DNA of 63,814 nucleotides, counting the filler, from Phoronis australis (taxonomy: Eukaryota > Animalia > Phoronida): the NCBI GenBank assembly GCA_002633005.1. It is 4 parts of 4 records of this genome, joined end to end, with 100 filler letters (N's around TTAATTAATTAA, not from the genome) between each part and the next. Parts side by side here need not be neighbours in the genome. Positions count along the whole stretch, not along the records: positions 1 to 18,183 come from NMRA01001043.1; positions 18,284 to 40,238 come from NMRA01001191.1; 2 more parts are not named here. The stretch is one strand, 5' to 3'. Positions 12,509 to 35,200 of this stretch are shown here, one piece after another. Under the pieces are notes generated by a model, which worked only from the letters and a program-made list of their open reading frames with translations, was not told where the DNA came from and searched no databases. Within the stretch, counting starts at the first letter, position 1; each line of letters opens with the position of its first letter. A program made the position numbers and the translations under genes.

Positions 12509-15500
12509 GACATCTTTTATCTTAGTAATGAATATCTTTTTAAAGTATTTCACGTCTCACATGTGTCATGATTATGAAACTACACTGAACTTGACAACTG
12601 TAGTTGTGTCATTCAGATACATGTACATGTATGTTACCTCAATGATTCATTTTCATCTACAGATCAAGACTCCCATCAAGTGTGAATCAGTTCAGGAGTT
12701 AACTTTGCTTTTTAAGTTGTTTCAATTTTTATCACCATTAACGTTCAAGCTAAAAACGGCCAAACGAGTATCGTATTGTCTCAGAGCTCTATTTGACTCG
12801 GGCAGCGTCATGCGTAATAAGACAACTTAATTGGCAATATATTTTCATCCCAAAGTACAGTATTAATGTTCTAAATATGTACAAATTGTTTACCCCGTTG
12901 ACTCTCATCTATTTGAACTAATATCACATCCGTAGTACGTCAATCCATTTCACTTGTTAATGTTACTAATCCATCAGTTTTCTATTGCAAGATTTAGCCT
13001 AACTCAATGTAATTAAAGTAGTGGTGGTGGGAATTTTCATGCCTACCCTAGTGTTCATAGCTTTTGTCCTTACTTCATTACTTTTAGTCTATTCACACAC
13101 TTGTATATACTTCTTTTTCTCTTGTTAGATAAGCATGTTAATTATGAACTGTATGAATTTATCAGTATTTAACTACAGACATAATAATTATAATTGTTCG
13201 GGTGTCTGGAAAACAAAAATACCCCACTGCTTTTCGTCTATTACGCTCGACCTCACTCTTCTACTACGAAAACGACCCCGAACTGAGCACTTACGTAATG
13301 TTTACTGCACAATGAAGAACTCATGTTGTGATATCCGAGTTATCATTGAGCAAAGTCTTTTGACTGCTGGTGACATAGAGGTCAATCCAGGACCAGGCAC
13401 TCAGGGTTTAGCCAGCTTCAAGGTCTTATTCACTAATATCAACAGTATCAAGGCGAACAATCTTTCAAGATTTGATCTTCTCAAGCAAGTTATTACAGAC
13501 AACAATTACATGGTCATTGCTATATGTGAATCTGGAACACTGTCCGAAGACAACCTCAGTGCACTTATTATTCCAGAATACCACATTGCCTACCACACTA
13601 ACGTCGGGAGGGGGTTGATCTTGTTTGTCCACAACTCCGTAAATTACAAAACAATTGATGATAAAATTATACAATCAATGAGTAACTGTTGGATTGAACT
13701 TTACGTCAACCACAAAAAGGTATATTACGGTTTTTTCTATCGCTCACCCTCACAGACGTCCCATGAACGGAAAGCATATTTCAAAACCTTTTCAGAGCAA
13801 TTGCAAGAACTCTCTCAAACTAATAAAACGATTGTTATCAACGGGGATTTCAACGCAAGAAATAGTACTTGGTACTCTGAAGACAATGACAACCAAGCCG
13901 GTCTCGAATTATTCGATATTCTCCTCACAAATGACTGTATACAACTAATAAACGAGCCGACACGTTTAACAGAGTATTCACATTCTTGCCTTGATTTATG
14001 TATAACAAACAATCTCGGATTAATTGAATCCACTTCTGTAAGGCCTCCCATTGGTAACTCAGACCACCACGTTATAGAAACAACATTCACACTCAACTGC
14101 CCACCTAAAGAACCAGACATTATGAAGAAGATCTGGAATTACAACCTCATTAACATGGACAAACTGCGCTCTGACATAACCACATTCAACTGGACTGAAA
14201 TACTTAACAAAAGTGACATAAATGACGCAGTCTCAATATTCACACAGTCACTTTACAACATATTAGGTAATAATACCCCATCAACCATGAAAACAATAAA
14301 AAACCGTTGTTTAACAATAACATTAAGTCTGAAATAAATAAAAGAAACAAACTGTACAGATCGGTCAGAAGATCAAATAACCCATGCACGTTCAAGCGCT
14401 ACAAAGAACAGTGCAAGAGTGTGGAAGAACTAATTAAAAAGACAAAACAAGACTATAAGATGAAAGTTATCTCCAATATCAAAAATGTCTCCAAAAATTC
14501 TAAGGAATATTGGGATATAGTAAACAAAATTCGAGAACAAGTAAAGCAAACATAATACCCCACCATCCACTCAAATGAAAACAACTCTCAGGCGTCATCC
14601 AAAGCCGATAAAAGTATTTTATTTCTAGACTACTTCACTGCCAAGAGTCACATCGCACCAACAATAAACTATCCAGAATTCCCAAACAGAACATTAGAAC
14701 GCCTCTCTTACATAGAAGCCCAACCATCTGAAGTCAGAAAACTACTAGAAAACATTGACGAAAACAAAAACGACGGTACCAATCTCATAACCAATAAAAT
14801 GATCAAGATAATAGCAGGAGAGCTTACACTTCCTCTGACAACATTATACAACAAAATACTACAATCTGGAAAATTTCCTTTGAACTGGAAGCTTGGCGTT
14901 ATGATACCAATACACAAAAANNNNNNNNNNNNNNNNNNNNNNNNNNNNNNNNNNNNNNNNNNNNNNNNNNNNNNNNNNNNNNNNNNNNNNNNNNNNNNNN
15001 NNNNNNNNNNNNNNNNNNNNNNNNNNNNNNNNNNNNNNNNNNNNNNNNNNNNNNNNNNNNNNNNNNNNNNNNNNNNNNNNNNNNNNNNNNNNNNNNNNNN
15101 NNNNNNNNNNNNNNNNNNNNNNNNNNNNNNNNNNNNNNNNNNNNNNNNNNNNNNNNNNNNNNNNNNNNNNNNNNNNNNNNNNNNNNNNNNNNNNNNNNNN
15201 NNNNNNNNNNNNNNNNNNNNNNNNNNNNNNNNNNNNNNNNNNNNNNNNNNNNNNNNNNNNNNNNNNNNNNNNNNNNNNNNNNNNNNNNNNNNNNNNNNNN
15301 NNNNNNNNNNNNNNNNNNNNNNNNNNNNNNNNNNNNNNNNNNNNNNNNNNNNNNNNNNNNNNNNNNNNNNNNNNNNNNNNNNNNNNNNNNNNNNNNNNNN
15401 NNNNNNNNNNNNNNNNNNNNNNNNNNNNNNNNNNNNNNNNNNNNNNNNNNNNNNNNNNNNNNNNNNNNNNNNNNNNNNNNNNNNNNNNNNNNNNNNNNNN

Positions 15501-16132
15501 NNNNNNNNNNNNNNNNNNNNNNNNNNNNNNNNNNNNNNNNNNNNNNNNNNNNNNNNNNNNNNNNNNNNNNNNNNNNNNNNNNNNNNNNNNNNNNNNNNNN
15601 NNNNNNNNNNNNNNNNNNNNNNNNNNNNNNNNNNNNNNNNNNNNNNNNNNNNNNNNNNNNNNNNNNNNNNNNNNNNNNNNNNNNNNNNNNNNNNNNNNNN
15701 NNNNGTGAGGTATGCAAGGAGGAGAGGGTACAGCTCTTCCAGGCACTCGAACAATACCCCAATGTTTATAAAAAATATTCTGAAATTCCGCAATTGTACA
15801 ACAAAATTAATTTCTTTCTATATGGATGTCAAGAACTTAACTCAAACGAAAATAAGGTTTTATTTGAAATAGTATCAGAATTTCTTTATAACATTAAATC
15901 TCTTTGTGTGAGTGGATAGAATTTTATACATCTGTATGAAAATGAATTATTTTCATTCGTTGTCATATATCATTGTATTCTTAACATCAGTTATTTTATT
16001 TATGTATTCGTATATAATCATTGTATATAGACTTCTTTGTATTTTTTTACCCAGATCTAATGCCTCTTGGCGCTTTCTGGGTTATGTATATTCATTGTAT
16101 TCTGAAGATTTCGTAATAAACATTAAAAAAAA
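12509..16132 (+). mobile_element. Non-LTR retrotransposon (CR1/L2 group: APE endonuclease + RT), frameshifted, RT core hidden in N gap
   Basis: APE motifs TNINSI, ICE, GLILFV, YRSP, GDFNA, PTR, LDL and SDH (13135-14300). Tether/RT start …NKILQSGKFPLNWKLGVMIPIHK before the gap; C-terminus FFLYGCQELNSNENKVLFEIVSEFL after it. aataaa + A-tail ends at 16132. 10-bp TSD ctaatgcaag at 12499-12508 and 16133-16142. Frameshifts near 14300 and 14540. Confidence 0.92.
13348..13395 (+). other. 2A-like ribosome-skipping (StopGo) peptide in the LINE ORF
   Basis: EQSLLTAGDIEVNPGP matches the 2A consensus D(V/I)ExNPG|P and lies immediately before the APE domain. Confidence 0.8.
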
Positions 16133-18227
16133 CTAATGCAAGACGTTTCAAAAATGCTCAACTTGTCTAAATACCTGCAGCGACGCCTGACGAACCAGAA
16201 AAATATACTATGAATATAGATGATGAACTATAATACATTTCACGTCATGCAAGCGTCTTTGTACTTTTATGTATTTTGATATCATTGCACTGTAGACCGG
16301 AGGCCTTTAAATTTAATAAAGTTTATTCTTCTTCAATAACATTTGTATAATGTTGTCCAATACGTCAATCGGCAAGCATGTTCACGAAAGACGTCGCTCT
16401 AGTCGGCAAGTCGTTTATTGGACACGATTTCCAGACTGGAGAACCCTCAGTCAGCGCGACCGACCGTGTGATTACGCAATGTACATGAATAGGAAAAACG
16501 TAGTTTGGCACTGTCCATACATTTGTGTTACACAAATGGACAAAGGACAACCGCCTCCCGTTCAGTAACGCTAGGACCTCGCTCAAAAACAAGACTTCAC
16601 GAGATTACGTGAGATATTGCCGTGTATTTTAAATGAGAACACGTGACTTAGATTAGATTTTAGCTAGCGTAGGTCCTAGCGTCTACGCCGGGTCTCCTCA
16701 CTACTGACTCGAGAAATAGCTGAAGGCTGAATACAAATAGACAGAAATATGACGTGTCAACAAGAAAATGAGCCAAAGTATTCAGTCTAGACCTAAGAGG
16801 CTTCTTAGCAGATTCCAGAACGCTCGGGGAATACTTGAATAGGGGAGGTATAGGGACGACATGCCACTCAATGAATAAGTAACTTTTTCAAGGCCGGGTT
16901 TTCTAAGGATGAACCCGATCAACTTTGCACAAAAGATTTCCCATTTCGGGTCGGAAATTTGCAAAAGGGTTGAATTCGTGAATGAACTGTACAGAAGGCT
17001 TTCATGTTTCAGTGAGCTTGATGGGCTAACATTTTAACATCCGGGTTGTTCCAAGTTCATTTCAGTTGTCGTTTAGTGTTAGTGAAACACCATACATTTA
17101 AAAAAATAAAATTTCTGTGTCGTTTTATAAGCAATTTGTGTCACGTTGAGAGCCATGATGACTTAACCTTTCTTAAAAAATACAATGTAATATAAAAGCA
17201 TGAAATTTTTGAGACATCCAATTGACTGAGAAAACAGATTAAGTTTGAGTCTAATACTGGAATAAAAAAATTACAAAAATTAGCGACATTACAACCGCAT
17301 CTCACGGACTTCAGCTTGACTTGTAACGTTATCGTTATGCTGGCCAATTGGTGGCGTTTTGGCCAGACGGCGCGGCATTGACGTGAGAACACCATCCCAT
17401 AGGTGTGACATGAAATTGAATCTTAAGAGGCATTATCTGAGAAAACCTGCAAAATTGCAAAATGTTGGCGGAGGCACTTTCATCAATTAAGTTGATACTT
17501 TGCACACCAATTTGTACTCACATATGAATAACTAAATCACGTCTGTTTTTTATCTGGAGTCATTCTATAAAAAAAAAATAATAAATACCTTCCGTCGTGG
17601 TTTTTTCACACAGGACAAGAATGTCCAAAAAGACAAAAAGAATGCCAACACTCACAGAGCTGGAAGCCAGTTTGTGACTTGGAATGATCATAATTAGTGG
17701 AATTGAAGCCATTGCTGTGCTTGGGAATTGATTTCGTTGAGCATCTGTGTGAATTTGTATTTCATCTCGACTTTTTGTTGACGCACTAAAATTGACCGAA
17801 CGTCACTTCAGTTAGGCCTTGGTTAGGCTTAGTAAATCCCGAAGTTTTCCGATAGTAGAAGTCCGATTATGAAAAAGAAGTTCCAAATTATATTTAAAAA
17901 ATGGTGTCATAGTACAGAAAAAACTTTATTGTTCACCGTAATACTATTTGAACTGTGGGATAATTCATCCTTTTTTGACAAGCCGACTTTATTCGGAGGC
18001 ACTTTCGCATAATTGCCTTGGCAATTATCAGCGAAGGTCGATGTCACGTGACATACCGAAACTCATCAAATTGCGTATTTTAACAGAAAAAGAGCATAAA
18101 ATTACAATTTGTCTCTGTATCCTTCTTCATAATGAATTATGTGTAGAATGAAGTTATATTCGAATAAAATAATAAGAGTTTAANNNNNNNNNNNNNNNNN
18201 NNNNNNNNNNNNNNNNNNNNNNNNNNN

Positions 18228-18239
18228 TTAATTAATTAA
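18228..18239. other. Artificial scaffold linker (six-frame stop) between N runs
   Basis: TTAATTAATTAA flanked by ~44 N on each side; identical structure at 40283-40294 and 62121-62132. Confidence 0.95.
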
Positions 18240-18283
18240 NNNNNNNNNNNNNNNNNNNNNNNNNNNNNNNNNNNNNNNNNNNN

Positions 18284-20118
18284 GGGACTCGGACTGTGAA
18301 GTTTGACGAACATTCGGAAAACGACAGTGGACCGGAGTCTCGGGCTTAACCCCGGTCCACGACACTCCAAGCCCACACAAATCGCAAGCCAGCAGCGTTC
18401 CCCCAACCTCGTCCGACTGTAGCGTAAACCAGCCCGTGACTTCAGCCCCGGACGAGGACAACACGCTGGGGAGTCTGTGCCAGCTGTTCGCTGAAAATAG
18501 CGCGGGCGATACAGCACCCGTAGCGTGCGCGGCTAGGGGGACCACTAGCGATCCACCGGTGGACGTCATTGTTGATGTCTCCACTGAGGTGGACCCGTTT
18601 GATGCGTTGGGTAGCACAATAGCCGAGTTGGTGGAATTGCTGCGATTTCCGCTTAAACCAGGTGGAAAGTGTATTGATACCGCACCGGCGACTACACATG
18701 TGTTGCATAAACAAACCTCGGAAGTTGGCGGAATGCTTGACCCTGTTAGTGGTCAAGTGATAGACGTTGTTGATGATGTCTCAACAACCGTGTCCGCCTC
18801 ATCTGTCAGCGACGTTCCATTAGCTGAGGACGTTAAGACTAAACAAATAACTGAGGGTGGCGAAATCGCCACTCCCATTCCTGACTGCATGAAGGACGTC
18901 ACCAGCGACGTTCCGGAAGTGCTGNNNNNNNNNNNNNNNNNNNNNNNNNNNNNNNNNNNNNNNNNNNNNNNNNNNNNNNNNNNNNNNNNNNNNNNNNNNN
19001 NNNNNNNNNNNNNNNNNNNNNNNNNNNNNNNNNNNNNNNNNNNNNNNNNNNNNNNNNNNNNNNNNNNNNNNNNNNNNNNNNNNNNNNNNNNNNNNNNNNN
19101 NNNNNNNNNNNNNNNNNNNNNNNNNNNNNNNNNNNNNNNNNNNNNNNNNNNNNNNNNNNNNNNNNNNNNNNNNNNNNNNNNNNNNNNNNNNNNNNNNNNN
19201 NNNNNNNNNNNNNNNNNNNNNNNNNNNNNNNNNNNNNNNNNNNNNNNNNNNNNNNNNNNNNNNNNNNNNNNNNNNNNNNNNNNNNNNNNNNNNNNNNNNN
19301 NNNNNNNNNNNNNNNNNNNNNNNNNNNNNNNNNNNNNNNNNNNNNNNNNNNNNNNNNNNNNNNNNNNNNNNNNNNNNNNNNNNNNNNNNNNNNNNNNNNN
19401 NNNNNNNNNNNNNNNNNNNNNNNNNNNNNNNNNNNNNNNNNNNNNNNNNNNNNNNNNNNNNNNNNNNNNNNNNNNNNNNNNNNNNNNNNNNNNNNNNNNN
19501 NNNNNNNNNNNNNNNNNNNNNNNNNNNNNNNNNNNNNNNNNNNNNNNNNNNNNNNNNNNNNNNNNNNNNNNNNNNNNNNNNNNNNNNNNNNNNNNNNNNN
19601 NNNNNNNNNNNNNNNNNNNNNNNNNNNNNNNNNNNNNNNNNNNNNNNNNNNNNNNNNNNNNNNNNNNNNNNNNNNNNNNNNNNNNNNNNNNNNNNNNNNN
19701 NNNNNNNNNNNNNNNNNNNNNNNNNNNNNNNNNNNNNNNNNNNNNNNNNNNNNNNNNNNNNNNNNNNNNNNNNNNNNNNNNNNNNNNNNNNNNNNNNNNN
19801 NNNNNNNNNNNNNNNNNNNNNNNNNNNNNNNNNNNNNNNNNNNNNNNNNNNNNNNNNNNNNNNNNNNNNNNNNNNNNNNNNNNNNNNNNNNNNNNNNNNN
19901 NNNNGACCTGTCTCACTGCTGCGCTGGCCTTCTGCCGCGCGCGCCCTCTGTCGGCATCGAGAGACGACTGCTGTTCGTCTTGGAGACTGCCGACGTTGGC
20001 TGTCCGGCCCATATGCCGGTAATGGCCAATGAGGGCGCATCATGAATATTAATTAAGCGGCCCTGCGGCCGATACACATGTTTGGATGCAGAGTGGCATT
20101 CGATACCCAGACCACACA
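18284..20118. mobile_element. Probable LTR-retrotransposon remnant in DNAJC19 intron 2 (gapped)
   Basis: GC-rich insert with a long low-complexity open frame (18436-18924). GC content drops sharply after …cagaccacaca at ~20118, an LTR-like TG/CA terminus. No diagnostic domain is visible. Confidence 0.35.
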
Positions 20119-20203
20119 CCTAAGCAGAACTATTGAGCTCGACCACGGACAACTAAGATGTAAGGTAAGACACCTTTGAAGAATCACTACAGTACGTACT
20201 TAC

Positions 20204-20255
20204 CGGCAAATCCAAACACAGCCAAGCCAAGACCACCGAGTATGAGGCCAGTAGC
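20204..20255 (-). CDS. DNAJC19: DNAJC19/TIM14 (PAM18 family) exon 2
   Basis: ttctag|GCT…GCC G|gtaagt, 52 nt, encoding ATGLILGGLGLAVFGFA(G). Similar to the human DNAJC19 N-terminus (MASTVVAVGLTIAAAGFAG). The J-domain exons were not found. Confidence 0.75.
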
Positions 20256-20983
20256 CTAGAAATTAAAAAGAGTGCTCAGTGTCAAAGTATGGTAGGTAGT
20301 TAAGCATAACTGTTACCATGTGAAAAATTTTTCCACTTTGTTCTAACACTATCCCATACATAACAGACACCCAGTTATGTAACCATCGTGACCTTCGTAA
20401 ATCTCTGCATGTAGTTCAGACTGCATTCTCTCTTGAGATGATTGATGTGTGCAGTATTCCAACAAGGCTATGATGTATTTCATACGTGCACCCAGCCTAT
20501 AATTGGGGGGCTCGAATTTTTGAGAATGTGGACCTTTCACTAAGATATACACAAGGTATGTTCAGAGCTATGAATTGTGCATTTACCGATTTTGGTAGTT
20601 TCTGCCTTTTTAGTGCCCTTCCGTCTCGTTTTCTACGTACCGGTTTTGTTTCTCTGACTGTCTGGGAGTCTGAGGCAGACCTTTTTGCTCACTTCACCAT
20701 GTATTATTAAAAAGGGTTGGTTTACTGACTAGAGAAAGAACAATTGTTCATGGTTTCTTGAATATGTGTTTTGTGTGAATTTACTGATATTTGTGTTGGA
20801 AGGTTGAAATCAAGCAAGTAGTCTCGAGTGTCAAACCTTGTAGTATTAATTAATAATACTGTATTACTCATTACTGTTATGCACAGGACGCCTGTCAGTC
20901 GCCTGTGACAACAAATCGGAAGTTGCCTGTCTGTACACGCCACAGTGGAAAGTACACTTTAGTCTAAAACTTAATGACCTTAC

Positions 20984-20986
20984 CAT
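20984..20986 (-). CDS. DNAJC19: DNAJC19 exon 1 coding part (ATG only, followed by donor)
   Basis: cagtATG|gtaagg; the phase-0 join to exon 2 gives MATGLILGG…. Confidence 0.65.
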
Positions 20987-31167
<10,181 letters not shown>

Positions 31168-31170
31168 TGA

Positions 31171-31176
31171 AATAAA
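31171..31176 (+). terminator. Candidate polyadenylation signal AATAAA just after the EARS2 stop
   Basis: TAA tga AATAAA; no transcript evidence. Confidence 0.35.
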
Positions 31177-33389
31177 ACATTGTGCTGGTCCATTTTGAAA
31201 CATGGTATGCTTCCAGAAATCTTGACTTCTTGAGCAGAAGCCACATGTTTATGGGTACTGTTGTTACCCATAATTCAACATTACTGCCTCCCCAAGCAAA
31301 CACTATAGTGACAACCCTTTCACTAGAGTTGGCTTTTATGGTCACCATTATCGTTTCAAAACATTAGCCTTTCACAAGCGGGATATTGTTTGATGTCCCA
31401 AACTTTCAAGAGACTCACTTTTGGGAGCCCATCCCATCTTATAGTAGGATTTGTAGTAAGTGGACGAGAAAGCATACACCGTTTACTCCAGAGTATTGAG
31501 TGACTTCATCGGCACACCAAAGGCTTGATGGCGGTGTCACGGATTGAAGTGAGCTAGTCGCTGTTCAAGGGTTTGGCTGAACGTGCTGGCTGAGATAATT
31601 GGGGTATTAAACTAACGCGCCTGTTTAGTGTACGTGTTTCAAAGTCAAAAAACAAACAATATGTGAGGCAAACAAACAACATGGCTGTTTTTAAAATCGA
31701 AAAGTAAGTAGTTCATTCATTCTTTCATGTATTTTCAATATTTAAGGCCTTGGCCACATGTTACATAAAATTTACAGGATAAGGCTGAACAGCTTTTCCC
31801 TGAGGGCAGTGGCGTGAAATACAAATTTCATTAGATTAATCTGAGCACTGGGCTAAGACATTTTCATTAGCTTTACAAATTTATGTATATTTGGTTCACG
31901 CCAGCACCACTCAGGTATAAATGCAGTTCTCAGAGAACAGTACATTTTACAAACACATAAAATGGTATTCAGTAAGTAGTTGCCATCTTTGAATATTTAG
32001 AATCTATGCGGTATAAGAGAAATTAGTGGATAGGTTTTCTTCAGCATCGCAGTCTGGCATAGGCTCACTTGGGCGTTGGTCTAACAAAACCGCAAATGTC
32101 TCTTGTTAAAGGACAACTGTAAATCCTTGACGTTTTGTTCCAACGAAACTTGAGTTTAAAAAAAGTTTTGCATTAGTTTCCACTTATTTATTTAACAGCA
32201 CTAGCTACTCCAGGCGTTACGATATTCGATCAGTTGAAACCTGTCAATGAACAATAACCAGAAGTTGTCCTCCTTGATTCATTCCGGGTACTATTAAACA
32301 GCAGAGTCATCTTCTTACATGTATGTAGATGCACACACGAACGAAAACCTTTGTATGTCCCCGCGAGCCTGTTATTTTAGTTTTAATTGCGTTGCTGATG
32401 ACAATGTCTTGTTTAGTGTACGTCTTTGCTACGGGCGTCACGGTAGCCGTTGCGTCATCAACGAATCTCGGCATAAAGTCGTAATAGAATTCGACGATAC
32501 GAAGTTTTGTGTACAGTACAATTTGAACTAGTAAATCGATAGTAGTAATGGAATCATTTCTATTTCGGAAACGCTGTCGTCGATGTAGTTGACGTGACAG
32601 AATCGTGAAAACTGAGCTTTGCTCACTGCAAAAGAAGCTGGCTCGGTCACAAGACGTGAGGGTACTGGACAGAGACTAGTTCTTGGTTTGAGCGAGCTGT
32701 CGGAGACTCTAATAACCCCTCTCTGAGTAGACACAGAGGTGTCAAGTTGAACTCATCGCAGTCGGTGACTCGTGGTCCATTGCTTTGAAGCTGTTCTCTA
32801 GGAACATCGACGCATGGGGGTGTGTGAAATTTTCTCGAGAATCAGTGAGTCATCATTCTCCAGTAGAAGCCAGGCGGCTCCGCAAAGTCGGGAAATTTAC
32901 ATCATTTTGTAGTTCCAGCTAGAAGTCATAATTTATTAGTTTTCCCTGTGGATTAATAATAGTCGCCATCCCAGTTTACGTATACACTGTATGTACCCTG
33001 CACGGATTACGGGTAATCTATACACATACATGTACCCCTATTTACTCATGAGGAGGCAGTGTGGCATAGTGTCCTTCCTCTATTCAAGGTTGTATTTTCG
33101 AGTCACGTGGGGCTCAGTGCTGGTCGCTTGAGTCAAGTCGCTAGATCCTCAGCTCTGCTTCAACTAATAAAGCATACACTATTAAGATGGTCCAATGTGA
33201 TCAGTGCGATGGGTCTTCCTGAGCGGCATGCATGCGTAGGTCTGGTACAACAATATTTTATTATTGAGGTACTGGGAGGATATATCTTATTCCAGTATTT
33301 AGCTACATGTATCCCTTATTCTTGACACAGAAATGATTATTCCGCATTTCCCATAAATTTAACATTTCGTCGCGCAAAAGAGATGAATT

Positions 33390-33718
33390 TTCCTTTGTTT
33401 CAGTTCAACGTGACCTTTGACCTCTGATTTGACCTTGACTTTGACCTTGCATCTATAAAATAATATCTGAAATGGACTCTCCATCCCAAAAAACATCGGA
33501 AACCATGAATTGCAGGATCCTAAACGGTATTGTGTTCAGAGTTTGGAAATTAGGCGAAATTCAAGATGGCGGAAGCCGCCATCTTGAATAATAAAAAATG
33601 CTCAAAGTTGCACAAAGTGCAACCAAGTTAATTTTATTCTCCTAACCACATGTAATAAATTTCCAAAAGAAAACTTTACAGTAAACAACATTGCAGGGTC
33701 AACTTTTTGACAACTAGA
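33390..33718 (+). repeat. DNA-transposon terminal segment (Academ-like end); second copy at 36343-36660
   Basis: Colinear copies share tgacctt repeats, aaatggactc(t/c)ccatc, cgccatcttgaat…aaaatgctcaa.gttgcac.aagtgcaaccaag and aaaactttacagtaa. Perfect hairpin ttcaagatggcggaagccgccatcttgaa at 33560-33588. Confidence 0.75.
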
Positions 33719-33849
33719 GTATTAACGTTTGATTTAAAACGTATCAAATCGAAACCGTATTGTCGACATTTCAGGCTGTATGACCGCCTGTGCAATTGCC
33801 ACGGAAAACTCAAAACACGTGCGAAATCTTGGTCGTAATTACGGCCCAT

Positions 33850-35200
33850 TGGCAATTATCAGTTTTTCGAGTAAAGGTCCATGAGCGTTTCATTGGGTGG
33901 GCTTGTCTACCGAAAATCCTGGTACTACGTGTTGTCACAGTGATTCTGATGGTGTGAGTGCCTTCTTCCACCACTTTCAACATTTACCTATACAACGTCT
34001 GCTTCAGCATGTGTAATAACACAGTATCTCTTCTTGACCCGCTCGATGTTGAATAGAAGGGAATAGCTTCATACACTCACAAAGAAGGTTGTTTGACGTG
34101 GCGTTATTAAAATAGTTTAGATTGGGAACAGGGGTTATCATGTTTCACAATCTGGAGGATAGGAGGCTCGCTAGTAGAGTGCCGAGGCTTTACCTAAATC
34201 TCCTGTAGTTTCGGAAACACTCCAAACGACCTGCTACAAAAGCTGGACAACAGCAACCAACACCACCTCTGGAGCAGAATGATTTGGGACATAACGCGAA
34301 GAGATATGACCAAAATGGCATTTTCACCCTTCCTCAAACAGCCGTATTTGCCGATCTGGGCTGTAGGGAGAGGACTCAATAAGTTCATACTGAAAGATAT
34401 TAGCTATGTAAATGTTACATTTCTGTCTTACGAGTATCAGGCAACTGAACAGCGCCTCAATGCCATGGCCTTCCCTTGACAGTACAGGCTTCTTCAGCCA
34501 CTCCAGGATTTTGACTTTTTCTTAATTGCTTTTTAACATTCACTGCTTACCAAAACTAAAAATCTGACTCCTCTGCTTATGCCCAATGGCCAGCTCGTTG
34601 TGGAATCTACTCGGCGATTGCAGATGTTATGGATATATGACTGCTGGTCAGTGAGCAGTTGTCTGTGCTTCTCTATCTCCTCCACAATCTTTCTCTGGTC
34701 ATCCTCGTCCACGTCCACTACTCCTTTCTTGTACTTAGTCTTATTCCTCTCACTCCACTACGTGACATTTGCTCTTCACCGCCTTCATTCCACATGACTT
34801 TAATTCTCCATGGCAGTATCAAGGTAGGCACACCCACTGAAACTCTTTTACCACATGACCTTTTTATTGCTCAGCTCTCATTAAAATGCCCCCAGAACCT
34901 TTTATTCGTTTGATATACAGTATGCCTGTTCTTCGAATTGGTCAGCTGGTACTACAGTCTTGTCATCCAAGCGTTGACAGCTGTTCACAGCTTCCAGTAG
35001 AATTTTTTGACATTATTGGACAGGTGCTCCACACACAGCAAACTTCAATATAAAGTTCGAAAGAATTCTGTCAAGCTGCTAAACATGGTATAAACTTCTT
35101 GCCAGAAATGTCTGTCACCTTAGTCGAACACTTATCGCACGTTTGTCGAACTTTTGTCGTAGTTTAGGTTGACGTTATTGCGTCTAGCCGTTTATCGTTT
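33850..35200 (-). pseudogene. Heavily decayed large DNA-transposon ORF (AcademX-like transposase/XPG-type nuclease region)
   Basis: Broken frames give DVDEDDQRKIVEEIEKHRQLLTDQQSYIHNICN…, EALFSCLILVRQK…IFQYEL…, KYGCLRKGENAILV…, PEVVLVAVVQLL*QVVW and LKVVEEGTHTIRI. Their order matches my recollection of Academ-type proteins; not database-checked. Confidence 0.55.

Noticed and set aside
14708-15872. Long ORFs of 290-530 aa in the track (also 18436-20043, 23567-24509, 57301-58097)
   Set aside because: They run through N gaps, so the length is an artefact.
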